Positions 26,828-35,618 of a stretch of 41,871 bases of DNA are shown here, one piece after another. Made by a program: the position numbers and the translations under genes. Below the pieces are notes generated by a model that was not told the DNA's origin, ran no database searches, and saw only the letters and a list, made by a program, of their open reading frames with translations. How positions within the stretch are numbered: position 1 is the stretch's first letter; each line of letters starts with the position of its first letter. The stretch comes from Myxococcales bacterium (GTDB lineage: Bacteria > Myxococcota_A > Polyangia > Polyangiales > Polyangiaceae): contig JAYTOU010000028.1 in NCBI GenBank assembly GCA_043747615.1, positions 1-41,871 on the forward strand. The letters are read 5' to 3'.

Positions 26828-29236
26828 CTAGCGCGCGCAGGTCGAAGGGTAGAGAAGGTATTTGTCGCGCTTGGTCTGGAACGCCTGGAGCTCCGCGGTC
26901 CACAGCGCCTCGACTGCCGTGATGCTCCGGCCTGCTCGAATGGCGTCCATCACCCGAGGGCTGGCGATCAGCCGATCGACGTGATCGAAGTCCCACGTCG
27001 GGTAGAGAGTGCGTAGCTGCATCGCGATGCTCAGCCCGGTTCGCACGGGCTCGAAGTGCGCGCGGTCGGTGATGGTGAGTCGGATGCCACCGCAGCGTTC
27101 CCCGCGGTAGACGCTGCTCGTCGGAGTGAACGACGTCGGGCTGAACGAGACGCCACCGAGTGCCGCGGCTGAGAGCGCTGCGCTGAGAACCACGCCGTCG
27201 ATCCACGGCGCGCCGATGAGCTCGAAGGGCGTCGCCGTTCCTCGGCCGACGGAGAGCTTCGTGGCTTCGAGGAGACCAACCGCGGGATAGAGAATCTCGG
27301 CGTCGACGCTTCGCAAGTTTGGCGAAGGATTGACCCACGGGATGCCGGTGCCGTCGTAGAAATCGCTGCGTCGCCACCCCTCCATCTTTACAACGTGAAG
27401 GCGAGTCCCCATGTGGTCGTCTGCGTTGAAGAGCCCGGCGAGCTCGCCGATCGTCATTCCGTGTCGAACAGGAAGCGCATGGTGATTCACGAATGACCGT
27501 AAATCTGCGGTCAGAATAGGGCCGGAGACATCTAGCCCGTTGATCGGATTCGGACGATCGAGGACGACGAAGCGCAGATGGTTCGCGGTCGCCGCCTCCA
27601 TCGCCCGCCGCATCGTCGACGCGTACGTATAGAAACGCGTACCGACGTCCTGAATGTCGAAGACGAGGGTGTCTATCCCCGCAAGGCTCTCCGCAGACGG
27701 CGCAAACGATTCGCCGTAGAGACTGAAGATTGGAAGCCCCGACGTGGCGTCCGTGTCCCCAGCGATAGCGCCTTCGCGGTCAGCAAGGAGCCCGTGCTCT
27801 GGCGCGAAGATCGCCGTGAGGGCTACGCCCGGTGCGTCGCGCAAAAGATCGATGGTGCGCGTGCCGTCGTGGGCGCGTCCCGAGACGTTGGTGATGAGCC
27901 CTACGTGCGCGCCGCGGAGTCGCTCGAATCCCTCCGCACGAAGAACGTCGATGCCCGTGGCTACGTGATCGGCAGCCGTTTCGCAGGCGATCGGCAGAGA
28001 GACGACGGCGGGCGGTCCCAGCGCATTTCCGGCGATCGTGCCTACGCGACCGGCGAGAGCGTTGACCGATCCCTTGCCGTCGGGGTGGACGCGGTTGCTC
28101 AGGAAGAGGACGAAGAGATCCTTGTCTGGATCGATCCACAGTGACGTTCCGGTGAAGCCGCCGTGACCGAAGGCGAGCCGAGAAAGCGAATCCCCGCGGT
28201 TGCTCGAAAAGCCGGTCTTCACGTCCCACCCGAGGGCGCGGATCCCGCCTGGAATGTCGTGGGGAGATACGAGCGCGTTCCACGTGGCCGCGCTGAAGAT
28301 GCGCCTGCCGCCAACTTCGCCTTCTCCGAGCATCGCCTGCGCGAAGATCGAAAGATCATCCGCCGTCGAGAAGAGACCGGCGTGTCCGGCGATGCCGCCG
28401 AGTAGATGGGCGAGGGGATCGTGCACGTCCCCTTGCATGAACACTCCGTCGCGTCGCTCCGTGGGTGCGGCCCGCAGCTTCAGCGCGTCTGTAGGAAGAA
28501 AACCGGTCTCTCGCATGCCGAGAGGACCGAAGATCGCCGCGCTCGAGAAGGCTGCAAGGTCTTGCCCGGAGACCCGCCGCACCACTTCGCCGAGCAGGAT
28601 GAAGCCGATGTCCGAGTAGACGAACTGCGCGCCGGGCGGCGATTTCAGGGTGAGGTTGCACGCCCGCCGGATCGCTTCGTCACGACCGGCGTAGTAATCG
28701 CGCCGCGGGGTCTCGGCGGGGAGCCCGGAGACGTGCGTGAGAAGGTGGCGAATCGTGATGTTCGCTTTTCCGTTCTTCCCAAAGTCAGGAAGATATTTCG
28801 CGACCGGATCGTCGATCGAGAAGAGCCCGCGATCGGCGAGGACGAGTACGCTGGTCGCCGTGGCAATCGGTTTGGTGAGCGACGCAAGGTCGAACACGGT
28901 GTCCGCGGTCATGGTCACGCGCGCCGGTTCGAGGGCACGAAATCCATAGGCCCGACGAAGGAGAATTCGATCGCGGCGCCCGACTACGACCACGGCGCCA
29001 GGTAATTTGCCCTCTCCCACGGCGGCGTTCACGGCGTCATCGATCGATGCAAACGGATCGACGGCGTCGAGCTTTGGGATCGGCGCACTCGGCTCCACGG
29101 CCTTCGCTTCGGCGGCCACGCGCGTGGCGGGCGCAACTTCGCGCGTTCGCAGTCGCGCCCGGGAGACCGGATTAGCGCGTACGCACGAGGCGAGGACCAG
29201 CGCCGATAGAAGTGCGTAGTCGAGACCCCTCATCAT
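26828..29236 (-). CDS. Fusion of beta-lactamase-family serine hydrolase and DUF1343/NamZ exo-beta-N-acetylmuramidase, lipoprotein
   Basis: FDLASLTK (SxxK), YSD and GHGGFTG, followed by GLITN, PEHG, FDIQDVGTRFYTY, LDRPNP, HGMTIGELA, PSPN, GRGT..PFE. Confidence 0.93.
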   Translation of the reverse strand: MMRGLDYALLSALVLASCVRANPVSRARLRTREVAPATRVAAEAKAVEPSAPIPKLDAVDPFASIDDAVNAAVGEGKLPGAVVVVGRRDRILLRRAYGFRALEPARVTMTADTVFDLASLTKPIATATSVLVLADRGLFSIDDPVAKYLPDFGKNGKANITIRHLLTHVSGLPAETPRRDYYAGRDEAIRRACNLTLKSPPGAQFVYSDIGFILLGEVVRRVSGQDLAAFSSAAIFGPLGMRETGFLPTDALKLRAAPTERRDGVFMQGDVHDPLAHLLGGIAGHAGLFSTADDLSIFAQAMLGEGEVGGRRIFSAATWNALVSPHDIPGGIRALGWDVKTGFSSNRGDSLSRLAFGHGGFTGTSLWIDPDKDLFVLFLSNRVHPDGKGSVNALAGRVGTIAGNALGPPAVVSLPIACETAADHVATGIDVLRAEGFERLRGAHVGLITNVSGRAHDGTRTIDLLRDAPGVALTAIFAPEHGLLADREGAIAGDTDATSGLPIFSLYGESFAPSAESLAGIDTLVFDIQDVGTRFYTYASTMRRAMEAATANHLRFVVLDRPNPINGLDVSGPILTADLRSFVNHHALPVRHGMTIGELAGLFNADDHMGTRLHVVKMEGWRRSDFYDGTGIPWVNPSPNLRSVDAEILYPAVGLLEATKLSVGRGTATPFELIGAPWIDGVVLSAALSAAALGGVSFSPTSFTPTSSVYRGERCGGIRLTITDRAHFEPVRTGLSIAMQLRTLYPTWDFDHVDRLIASPRVMDAIRAGRSITAVEALWTAELQAFQTKRDKYLLYPSTCAR

Positions 29237-29288
29237 CGCCAGCGCTCACACTCGTATAGCATTCGTACGCCGTGCTAGACACGAAGAG

Positions 29289-29435
29289 ATGAGTGACGAA
29301 GATCAAGACGTGGTCGAGGTCCAGTGCCCGCAGTGCAAGAAGGCGGTCCGCGTCTCGAAGGCCAAAGCCGAAAAAGACATGAAGGCGAAGTGCCCGAACG
29401 GCCATGAGATCGAGCTGATGAAGGCTCTCTTTTAG
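29289..29435 (+). CDS. 48-aa zinc-ribbon microprotein (not in ORF track)
   Basis: MSDEDQDVVEVQCPQCKKAVRVSKAKAEKDMKAKCPNGHEIELMKALF*; GC3-rich codons; GAAGAG before ATG; stop 4 nt before the next gene. Confidence 0.8.
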   Translation: MSDEDQDVVEVQCPQCKKAVRVSKAKAEKDMKAKCPNGHEIELMKALF

Positions 29436-29439
29436 GTCG

Positions 29440-30021
29440 ATGCGTCAGCGCCAGCTCATCGTGGTGTTGTCGTTCGTTGCGTCTCTCGTTACGGTTTCCG
29501 CATGTAAGAAGGAGCCGCCCGCTCCACCGAAAGAGCACGGTGAGAGCCTGGTCTTAGGCGCTGCGACCATCGAGCTTCCCCTCCGAGCTCTGCTGAAGTC
29601 GGATCACAACCTCGACACCGAGTCCGCGAAATCCTCCCACCTCTACGAGCTGCGCGATCACTCGATCCTGCTCGTTCAGGAGATCGCTAACCACGACAAA
29701 AGCTGCGACGCTTTCCTCGATGCGCTCTTCGCCGCGGAGAGCAAGAGCAAGGCGGACGAAGGGCTCAAGCCCGCCCGAAACGTGGAGATTCTTTCGCGGC
29801 ATGACCTGCACGGCGTCAAAGGGATCTACGTCGAGGCCGGGATGCGCTCGGGGATGGATCTCCAGAGCGGGCGCGCGTACCACGGACTGATTCTGCTCAC
29901 GATCTGCGATCCCGGCGCGGCGCTGAGCATCTCGCTGACCACGCGCGTTCCGGGCCCGATCAGCGCGGAGATGCGAAAGACCGTTGCAGACGTGGCGTCC
30001 TCGATGACGCTGAAAAAGTAA
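29440..30021 (+). CDS. Hypothetical lipoprotein
   Basis: Lipobox VSAC; 193 aa alpha/beta pattern. Confidence 0.75.
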   Translation: MRQRQLIVVLSFVASLVTVSACKKEPPAPPKEHGESLVLGAATIELPLRALLKSDHNLDTESAKSSHLYELRDHSILLVQEIANHDKSCDAFLDALFAAESKSKADEGLKPARNVEILSRHDLHGVKGIYVEAGMRSGMDLQSGRAYHGLILLTICDPGAALSISLTTRVPGPISAEMRKTVADVASSMTLKK

Positions 30022-30120
30022 CGGGTGCCCCATTCGGTCGCGGCTGGGATCGTCGACGTCACGGAGGCGCGCGATCCCTCGTGGGCTTCCTCGTCGCCGG
30101 CTCGCACCACCGCTATGTTC

Positions 30121-30200
30121 GGGATCGTCTTCGCGAAGAACGAGCTTTTCTTTTTGGGCAAGGCGATGATGGTCCTCGGCGACGCAAAGAAGACCCTCCC
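30121..30200 (+). pseudogene. Remnant resembling the C-terminus of NAD(P) transhydrogenase beta subunit (PntB)
   Basis: NELFFLGKAMMVLGDAKKTL resembles the PntB terminal N.LF.....M.FGDAK motif; no rest of the gene. Confidence 0.55.
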
Positions 30201-30305
30201 GACCGCTGCGATTCACGGCAGCTCCGCCCCGCTCTCCAGAGACGATCTTCACTTACGGTCGAATGGCGTAACATGGAAGAACGCAACCTGCGGTAACCTG
30301 TCGGC

Positions 30306-30569
30306 ATGCGCTCCACGTGCAAGTGCCCCAAGTGCCGCCATCACAATATTTTCTATCTTCCGCTGGTCAAGGCGGGCGCGTCCGCGCTCATGGCCTACAC
30401 TACGCCGTCCGGAGTGATCGACACCCCCTTCGTTGCATACATCTGCGAAAAATGCGGCTACGCGGAGTTCTACGTGACCGATCCCACGAAGGTGCACATC
30501 GCGAACATTCCAGGCGGTCGTCTAATCCGCGGCGTCCCCGAATGGGAAGACGACGTCGCCGGCGATTGA
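30306..30569 (+). CDS. Small zinc-ribbon protein
   Basis: KCPKC ... YICEKCGYAEFY. Confidence 0.8.
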   Translation: MRSTCKCPKCRHHNIFYLPLVKAGASALMAYTTPSGVIDTPFVAYICEKCGYAEFYVTDPTKVHIANIPGGRLIRGVPEWEDDVAGD

Positions 30570-30571
30570 GC

Positions 30572-30862
30572 TCACCGCTCGACGACGCACGAGCGCTCTC
30601 CCATCAGCCAAAGTCTGCGAACGCAGTGCACGGTGACGGTGCCGTTGCGCCAAGTGAACTCGAACGTCTGCCCGAGCGGTGATTGATCGAGCTTCGTCAT
30701 GCCATGCCGGTCGTCGCATTTCTTGACCGAGCACGCAGCCTTCTCTGCGTCTTCCTGGGCCGCGGCGTGATCGGCGATGACGTACTCGTACGACGAGAGC
30801 CCGAGCGCGACACACAGGCAAGCGAGCAGGCCGGTCCAGAGCTTCTTCATGACGAACCGCAT
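30572..30862 (-). CDS. Small secreted or membrane-anchored protein
   Basis: N-terminal hydrophobic helix; four further Cys; typical codon usage. Confidence 0.75.
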   Translation of the reverse strand: MRFVMKKLWTGLLACLCVALGLSSYEYVIADHAAAQEDAEKAACSVKKCDDRHGMTKLDQSPLGQTFEFTWRNGTVTVHCVRRLWLMGERSCVVER

Positions 30863-30919
30863 GATGAGCCGCTCTTCGCGAAGTTGGCCGAGAATCGTCC
30901 ATCGGCTAGCGTCCGCGCT

Positions 30920-30982
30920 GACAATTTTTGTCTCTTAGTGGGGAACGCCGGGACTGCTTACATCGTCTTACGATCCGTAAGA
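30920..30982. promoter_or_regulatory. Two perfect inverted repeats upstream of the pilA promoter
   Basis: GACAA-TTT-TTGTC (30920-30932) and TCTTACG-ATC-CGTAAGA (30966-30982). Confidence 0.6.
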
Positions 30983-31019
30983 GACACGAATCAGGCGCGT
31001 TTTCCACGGACCGAGCTTT

Positions 31020-31036
31020 CTGGCATGTCGGGTGCT
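31020..31036 (+). promoter_or_regulatory. Sigma54 -24/-12 promoter of pilA
   Basis: CTGGCATGTCGGGTGCT: GG 31022-23, N10, GC 31034-35. pilA is sigma54/PilR-dependent in Myxococcus and Pseudomonas. Confidence 0.75.
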
Positions 31037-31151
31037 TATATCGAGCCCAAGGCGGGCGTTACTCAACCACCAGTACTTCGGCGCGGGCGGCTCCGTGCCT
31101 CGGACGAATCAAACCAAATTTCGACTACGGTCGAAGGGAGACACGGAGCAC

Positions 31152-31724
31152 ATGCGTTACGCGATTCGAAAAGCGAAACAAGGATTCACCCTCATCGAGC
31201 TGATGATCGTCGTTGCGATCGTAGGCATCCTCGCGGTGCTCGCCATCTACGGCGTGCGAAAGTATCTCGCGAACGCCAAGACCGCCGAAGCGCGTAACTC
31301 GCTCGGTCAGATGTCGAAGGACGCCGTCACGGCGTACGAAAAAGAATCCATGGCCGGTACCGTTCTTTCGCCGGGCGCGTCCACCGCCATTACCCGCGAC
31401 GTTTGCCTGACCGACCCGGGTAACCCCGTCCCCGTCAAGACAGCCATCCAGGGCAAGAAGTACCAGACCGCCCCCAGCGAGTGGAGCAAGGGCAACGTCG
31501 CTGGAGCATATCCGGCCGGGTTTGCCTGCTTGCACTTCTCGATGGATCAGCCCCAGTACTATATGTACAGCTACACGGGCACCACGCAGGCCGGCTTCAG
31601 CGCCATGGCCAACGGTGACTTGAACGGTGACGGCAACCTGTCGACGTTCTCCATCATCGGCACTATCCAGAGCGGCGCGCTCAACGTTGCGCCGGCAATG
31701 ACCGAGGTCAACGCGGACGAGTAA
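31152..31724 (+). CDS. pilA: Type IVa major pilin
   Basis: GGAG RBS; leader MRYAIRKAKQG|FTLIELMIVVAIVGILAVLAI with E5; 190 aa precursor; two Cys; own promoter and terminator. Confidence 0.93.
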   Translation: MRYAIRKAKQGFTLIELMIVVAIVGILAVLAIYGVRKYLANAKTAEARNSLGQMSKDAVTAYEKESMAGTVLSPGASTAITRDVCLTDPGNPVPVKTAIQGKKYQTAPSEWSKGNVAGAYPAGFACLHFSMDQPQYYMYSYTGTTQAGFSAMANGDLNGDGNLSTFSIIGTIQSGALNVAPAMTEVNADE

Positions 31725-31748
31725 ATCGGTACTCTCCTGGAAGGCACG

Positions 31749-31788
31749 CGTGCCGGCTCTTTTGATAAGAGTCGGCATGTTTGCTTTT
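31749..31788 (+). terminator. Intrinsic terminator after pilA
   Basis: 13-bp stem CGTGCCGGCTCTT / AAGAGTCGGCATG (2 G-U pairs) followed by TTTGCTTTT. Confidence 0.75.
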
Positions 31789-31820
31789 GTGCGGCGCCGC
31801 CCCGATTATCGGCGAGCCAC

Positions 31821-33470
31821 GTGACAGACACCCGTCAGACTACCCTCGAACGCTGGGTCCCGTGGGTTGCCGGCATCGTCCTCGCAGCGCCCGTGGTCAT
31901 CGCCCGGTACCCGCCGATGACGGACTTGCCGCTGCACGAGGCAACGGTGGGGATCCTCCGGCACTTCAACGATCCGGCCTATTTTCCACCGAATCTGTAC
32001 GTCCACAATTTTGGACACTCCAACCAGCTCTTCTTCATCTTGGCCTGGGCGCTCTCGTACGTCGTCTCGACGGACCTCGCATGCAAGCTCATCGTGGCGC
32101 TATCGGTGATCGGGATCTGCGCCGGTGCCGGGCGCCTCGCAGAGCATCTTGGGGTGACCCGCTGGGCGGCGCTGATCGTCGCCCCCTTCGCGCTGGGTTG
32201 GACTTTCTTCTGGGGCCTCGTCGCAAACCTCCTCGCCCTCGGCTTGTTTTTTGCGGTCCTCCCAAATCTCGATCGCTTCGTCGCTCGCCCTTCGTGGCGA
32301 GGCGCGTTCGGGGCGATGGCGATTCTCCTCGGCCTGTGGTTTGCGCACCAATCGATGATGGTCATGGCGTGTGCTGCCCTCGTGATCCTCGCAGCGGGAT
32401 ATCCGCTGGCGCTCGCGTCAACCGGGCTGCGGCTCGCCCCCGCGCTCTTCGCGGTGGTGGTCACCTTCCTCGACGCTCGCTCGCAGGAGCCTCTCGTACC
32501 CGTCGAGCTCATCGTCATCCCGCCCGAGTTTGCTCCGCTATCGTCGAAGCTCGTGACGATTCCGGTGTCTCTCTTCGGAGCTCGCGATCGCGGCACGCAA
32601 GTCGCGTTCTTCGCCTTGGTGTTGGCGGCGGTCGGCTCGTTCGCGTACGCGCGTATTCGCGCACATGAGGGGACGTGGAAGCGGTCGCCTCGTGAATTTC
32701 TGGTGAAGTACCGCTTCGAGCTCGTGGCCGTGGGGCTCCTGTTCGGTTATCTCGTGATGCCTTTCAGCCTCCACGGCATAACGCTCATCTATCATCGCTT
32801 CCTACTGCCTGGCCTCGCGATCGGGGTCATCGCGGCGAGCCCGCGTCTGCCCCTCCGACCGCACAGGCTTGGGCGCCTCCTTGCCGGTCTACTCCCGGTC
32901 GCTGCGTTGCTCATCGTCCTGCCCGACTTCGCCGATTCAGGCGAGGCTTGCTCCGAGCTCGACAAGCTCCTCGCCGAGATCAAAAAAGGGAGCGCCGTCG
33001 CCCAGGTGTACTTCGGCGCGGGTCGCAGCGATCGCGTTTTCTCAACGGCCACCGTGGCGACGCGCGTGGTCGCCGAGCGCGGAGGTCGAGCGCTCTTTAC
33101 GTTCTCTTTTTCCACCTACTCACCGGTTATGCTCCGGCCGGAATACGAGTGGATCGAGTCCCAGGTTCGAGTTTCCAAAGCTCCGTTGAACTTCCGCCCG
33201 TCGTACGATTTCAAGCACTACCGCTATGCGATCGTCCACTGCAACGACACGGCGTTCGCGACGACGATCGCCTTCGCGATGGCTCCCGAAGGAAGGCTCG
33301 TCGACGTCTCCGGCGAATGGTTACTATTCGAGTCGACGCTGCCCGTAGTCGCGCTCGACACTCCGGGGGATCGCGCGGTTCCGAATAATCCACGCCCAGA
33401 GTCGCTCTACAAGCGCTTCAAGAACATGTACAAACCAGCGGAAGCCTCCGTGGAACCGCCGCACCAGTAA
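31821..33470 (+). CDS. Polytopic membrane protein, GT-C-like
   Basis: 549 aa; first loop YPPMTDLPLH; about 11-12 TM; YHRF; C-terminal soluble domain. Confidence 0.7.
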   Translation: MTDTRQTTLERWVPWVAGIVLAAPVVIARYPPMTDLPLHEATVGILRHFNDPAYFPPNLYVHNFGHSNQLFFILAWALSYVVSTDLACKLIVALSVIGICAGAGRLAEHLGVTRWAALIVAPFALGWTFFWGLVANLLALGLFFAVLPNLDRFVARPSWRGAFGAMAILLGLWFAHQSMMVMACAALVILAAGYPLALASTGLRLAPALFAVVVTFLDARSQEPLVPVELIVIPPEFAPLSSKLVTIPVSLFGARDRGTQVAFFALVLAAVGSFAYARIRAHEGTWKRSPREFLVKYRFELVAVGLLFGYLVMPFSLHGITLIYHRFLLPGLAIGVIAASPRLPLRPHRLGRLLAGLLPVAALLIVLPDFADSGEACSELDKLLAEIKKGSAVAQVYFGAGRSDRVFSTATVATRVVAERGGRALFTFSFSTYSPVMLRPEYEWIESQVRVSKAPLNFRPSYDFKHYRYAIVHCNDTAFATTIAFAMAPEGRLVDVSGEWLLFESTLPVVALDTPGDRAVPNNPRPESLYKRFKNMYKPAEASVEPPHQ

Positions 33471-33480
33471 GATTTCGATC

Positions 33481-34176
33481 GTGGAGCAGCCCGAACCTAT
33501 CCGCCGCACGCCGTGGCACGTGGCTCTCGCCGTCGTCGCTCCGGCCCTGCTGGGATTTGCGGCGGGCAAGCACGCGCTGCTTGCGGCGTTCGATCCGCAG
33601 GCGCCAGGTCAGACCGCGCTGCTTGCCCTGCGGGCGATCATTCTTGCTTCGGTTGCTCTCGCGAGCCGCCCACGACCGGACGGAGGTCGGATCGTTCTCG
33701 TCACGGCCGCGCTGTTCGTGGGCTCCCTCGTCGCGCCGGGCGGCATCCTCGCCCTCGTTCTCGTCGGCGCGATCCTCGTCGTCCAACTGCCCGCGGTTCA
33801 GATCGATCTGCCCGGCGCGACCTCCCCGCGAATTCGCGCCGCGCTCGCCCTCGCCGTCGGCGGCCTCGTCGTCGCAAGCGCCCTCCGCTATGGGCATCCA
33901 TCGTCGGCGCGCTTCCCGCGAAGAGAGGAAGAGCCCCGCACGAGCGCGCTCGCATGGCTCGAGGTTGGCAACCTTTACCGGGCGCGCTGGTCAGCGCTCG
34001 CGTGGGCAAAGGCCGAAGCGAAGGACCCCGGGGAAGCGTATTTCTTCATCGCACGTGTAGATCACGAGCTCGGGTACGAGGCAAAGTCGCGCAAGGCGCT
34101 TGAGAAGATTCGCGCCAGCTCGTCCTCGGAGGCCGCTCGCCGCCACGCGTCAGTCCTCCTCGGGGAGGTACCGTGA
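33481..34176 (+). CDS. Membrane protein with C-terminal TPR-like helices
   Basis: About 5 hydrophobic segments, then EAYFFIARVDHELGYEAKSRKALEKI. Confidence 0.65.
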   Translation: MEQPEPIRRTPWHVALAVVAPALLGFAAGKHALLAAFDPQAPGQTALLALRAIILASVALASRPRPDGGRIVLVTAALFVGSLVAPGGILALVLVGAILVVQLPAVQIDLPGATSPRIRAALALAVGGLVVASALRYGHPSSARFPRREEEPRTSALAWLEVGNLYRARWSALAWAKAEAKDPGEAYFFIARVDHELGYEAKSRKALEKIRASSSSEAARRHASVLLGEVP

Positions 34177-35618
34177 TGAGCAGCACTGGACGGCCGCGCG
34201 AGCTCGTCCTCCTCGGGGCGGGGCTCGTCCTACTCGGGGCCTACGTCTTCCAGAACATGGATCTCCTCGCCGACTCCTTCTGGTACGTGGCGACGGGCCG
34301 CTTCGTCCTGGACGGCAAAGGATTTCCGGCGGTCGATCCGTTCGCGTTCTCCGCCGTGAAATCAAGGTGGATCGTACACATGCCGGCGTCTGTCGTGCTC
34401 TTCGCGTGGCTCGATCGTCACGCCAGTCTGTCCTCGCTCATTGTCGTCGCCGCGCTGGTCGAGACGTGCGCGCTCGGAACACTGTGGCTGAGGGCCGCGC
34501 GCTCCTTCGCAGGTCGTGTGGCGGTCTTCCCGCTCGTCCTCTTCGCCGTTTACCTGCAGCGCGACGATCTGTGCGCCCGCGGCCAGGTCTTCGGAGACCT
34601 CGCGTTCGTCGCGACGCTCGTGCTCGTGCAGCGCCTTAGAAAAGGGCAGGCCGTCTCGTTCGTCGTCGCCCCGATCCTCGGCGCGCTGTGGGTGAATTTT
34701 CATTCGTCATTTGCTCTGGGCGTCATCGTCCCAGCGATCGCCGCGGTTAGTCTTCTTTTCGAGCCCCGCAACGAACGTGGACCGCTCGCGTCGCTTCTTA
34801 TTTTTGGCGCTACCCTCGGCCTGGGGACGCTCCTCAATCCGTACGGATGGGGGCTCGTGCGTGATGTCTTCGCCCTCGCGACCCACCCGACCACTCTTCG
34901 TCAACAGCTCTTCATGCCCCCGGACTTTGGGCGCGTGGACACCCTCGTTGCGTTCGGTCTGGGAGCGTGCGCGCTCGGCGCACGACGGGAAGGGAAAGTG
35001 GTCCTCGCCCCCGCCGACATGCTCCTCGTCGTCCTCCTAGCGACCGCTGCGGCGAGCGGAGTTCGCTATCTGCCTTACGTGGTCTACGTCTCGATTTTTT
35101 CTCTCGCGCCGGCGTTTGATTCGTACGCAACCGAGATCGTAAAGCGTTACCAGCGGCGCTCCGATCTCGCTATTTTTCCATCCGCTGCGCTCGCTCTCGC
35201 CGCGGCACTGTTCGCGCTTCGTGCTCCAAAGGACCCTTTCGCCCACGTCCCGATCGCGGCCGCAAATTTCGTCAAGGCTCACCCGCCCGACGGCAACGTC
35301 CTCAACGATTATCACTCCGGTGGGTTCCTCCTGTACGTATGGGAAGGGCACCCGAAAGTCTTCATCGATGGGCGCAGCTATCTCTACTTCAACGGCGTGT
35401 TCGAGGACGCCGAGACCCTCGCGCGCGTGGCTCCCGGGTACGAAGCGCTTCTCGACGCTTACGACGCCAAGACGGCTGTCCTCGAAAAAGGATCACCGCT
35501 GGCCGTTGCGCTGGTCGAACGACAGCGGTGGAAGCCGATCTTCGAGGATCGCTTGGCGGTCGTGCTCGAGCGCCCATCGGCGGCACCGATAGCGCCGTCT
35601 CAGAAGGGCCTTCCGTGA
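34173..35618 (+). CDS. Polytopic membrane protein, GT-C-like
   Basis: DSFWYVATGR...P.VDPFAFS first-loop motif, LWVNFHSSF, LNPYG, C-terminal GGFLLY...VFIDGR domain; GTGA-coupled to the upstream gene. Confidence 0.72.
   Translation: MMSSTGRPRELVLLGAGLVLLGAYVFQNMDLLADSFWYVATGRFVLDGKGFPAVDPFAFSAVKSRWIVHMPASVVLFAWLDRHASLSSLIVVAALVETCALGTLWLRAARSFAGRVAVFPLVLFAVYLQRDDLCARGQVFGDLAFVATLVLVQRLRKGQAVSFVVAPILGALWVNFHSSFALGVIVPAIAAVSLLFEPRNERGPLASLLIFGATLGLGTLLNPYGWGLVRDVFALATHPTTLRQQLFMPPDFGRVDTLVAFGLGACALGARREGKVVLAPADMLLVVLLATAAASGVRYLPYVVYVSIFSLAPAFDSYATEIVKRYQRRSDLAIFPSAALALAAALFALRAPKDPFAHVPIAAANFVKAHPPDGNVLNDYHSGGFLLYVWEGHPKVFIDGRSYLYFNGVFEDAETLARVAPGYEALLDAYDAKTAVLEKGSPLAVALVERQRWKPIFEDRLAVVLERPSAAPIAPSQKGLP

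Noticed and set aside
27980..29100. Beta-lactamase as an antibiotic-resistance gene
   Set aside because: YSD/HGG variants and fusion to NamZ point to peptidoglycan turnover rather than AmpC.
31032..31151. Longer pilin start at GTG 31032
   Set aside because: It lies inside the sigma54 promoter; ATG 31152 has an RBS and gives a normal short type IVa leader.
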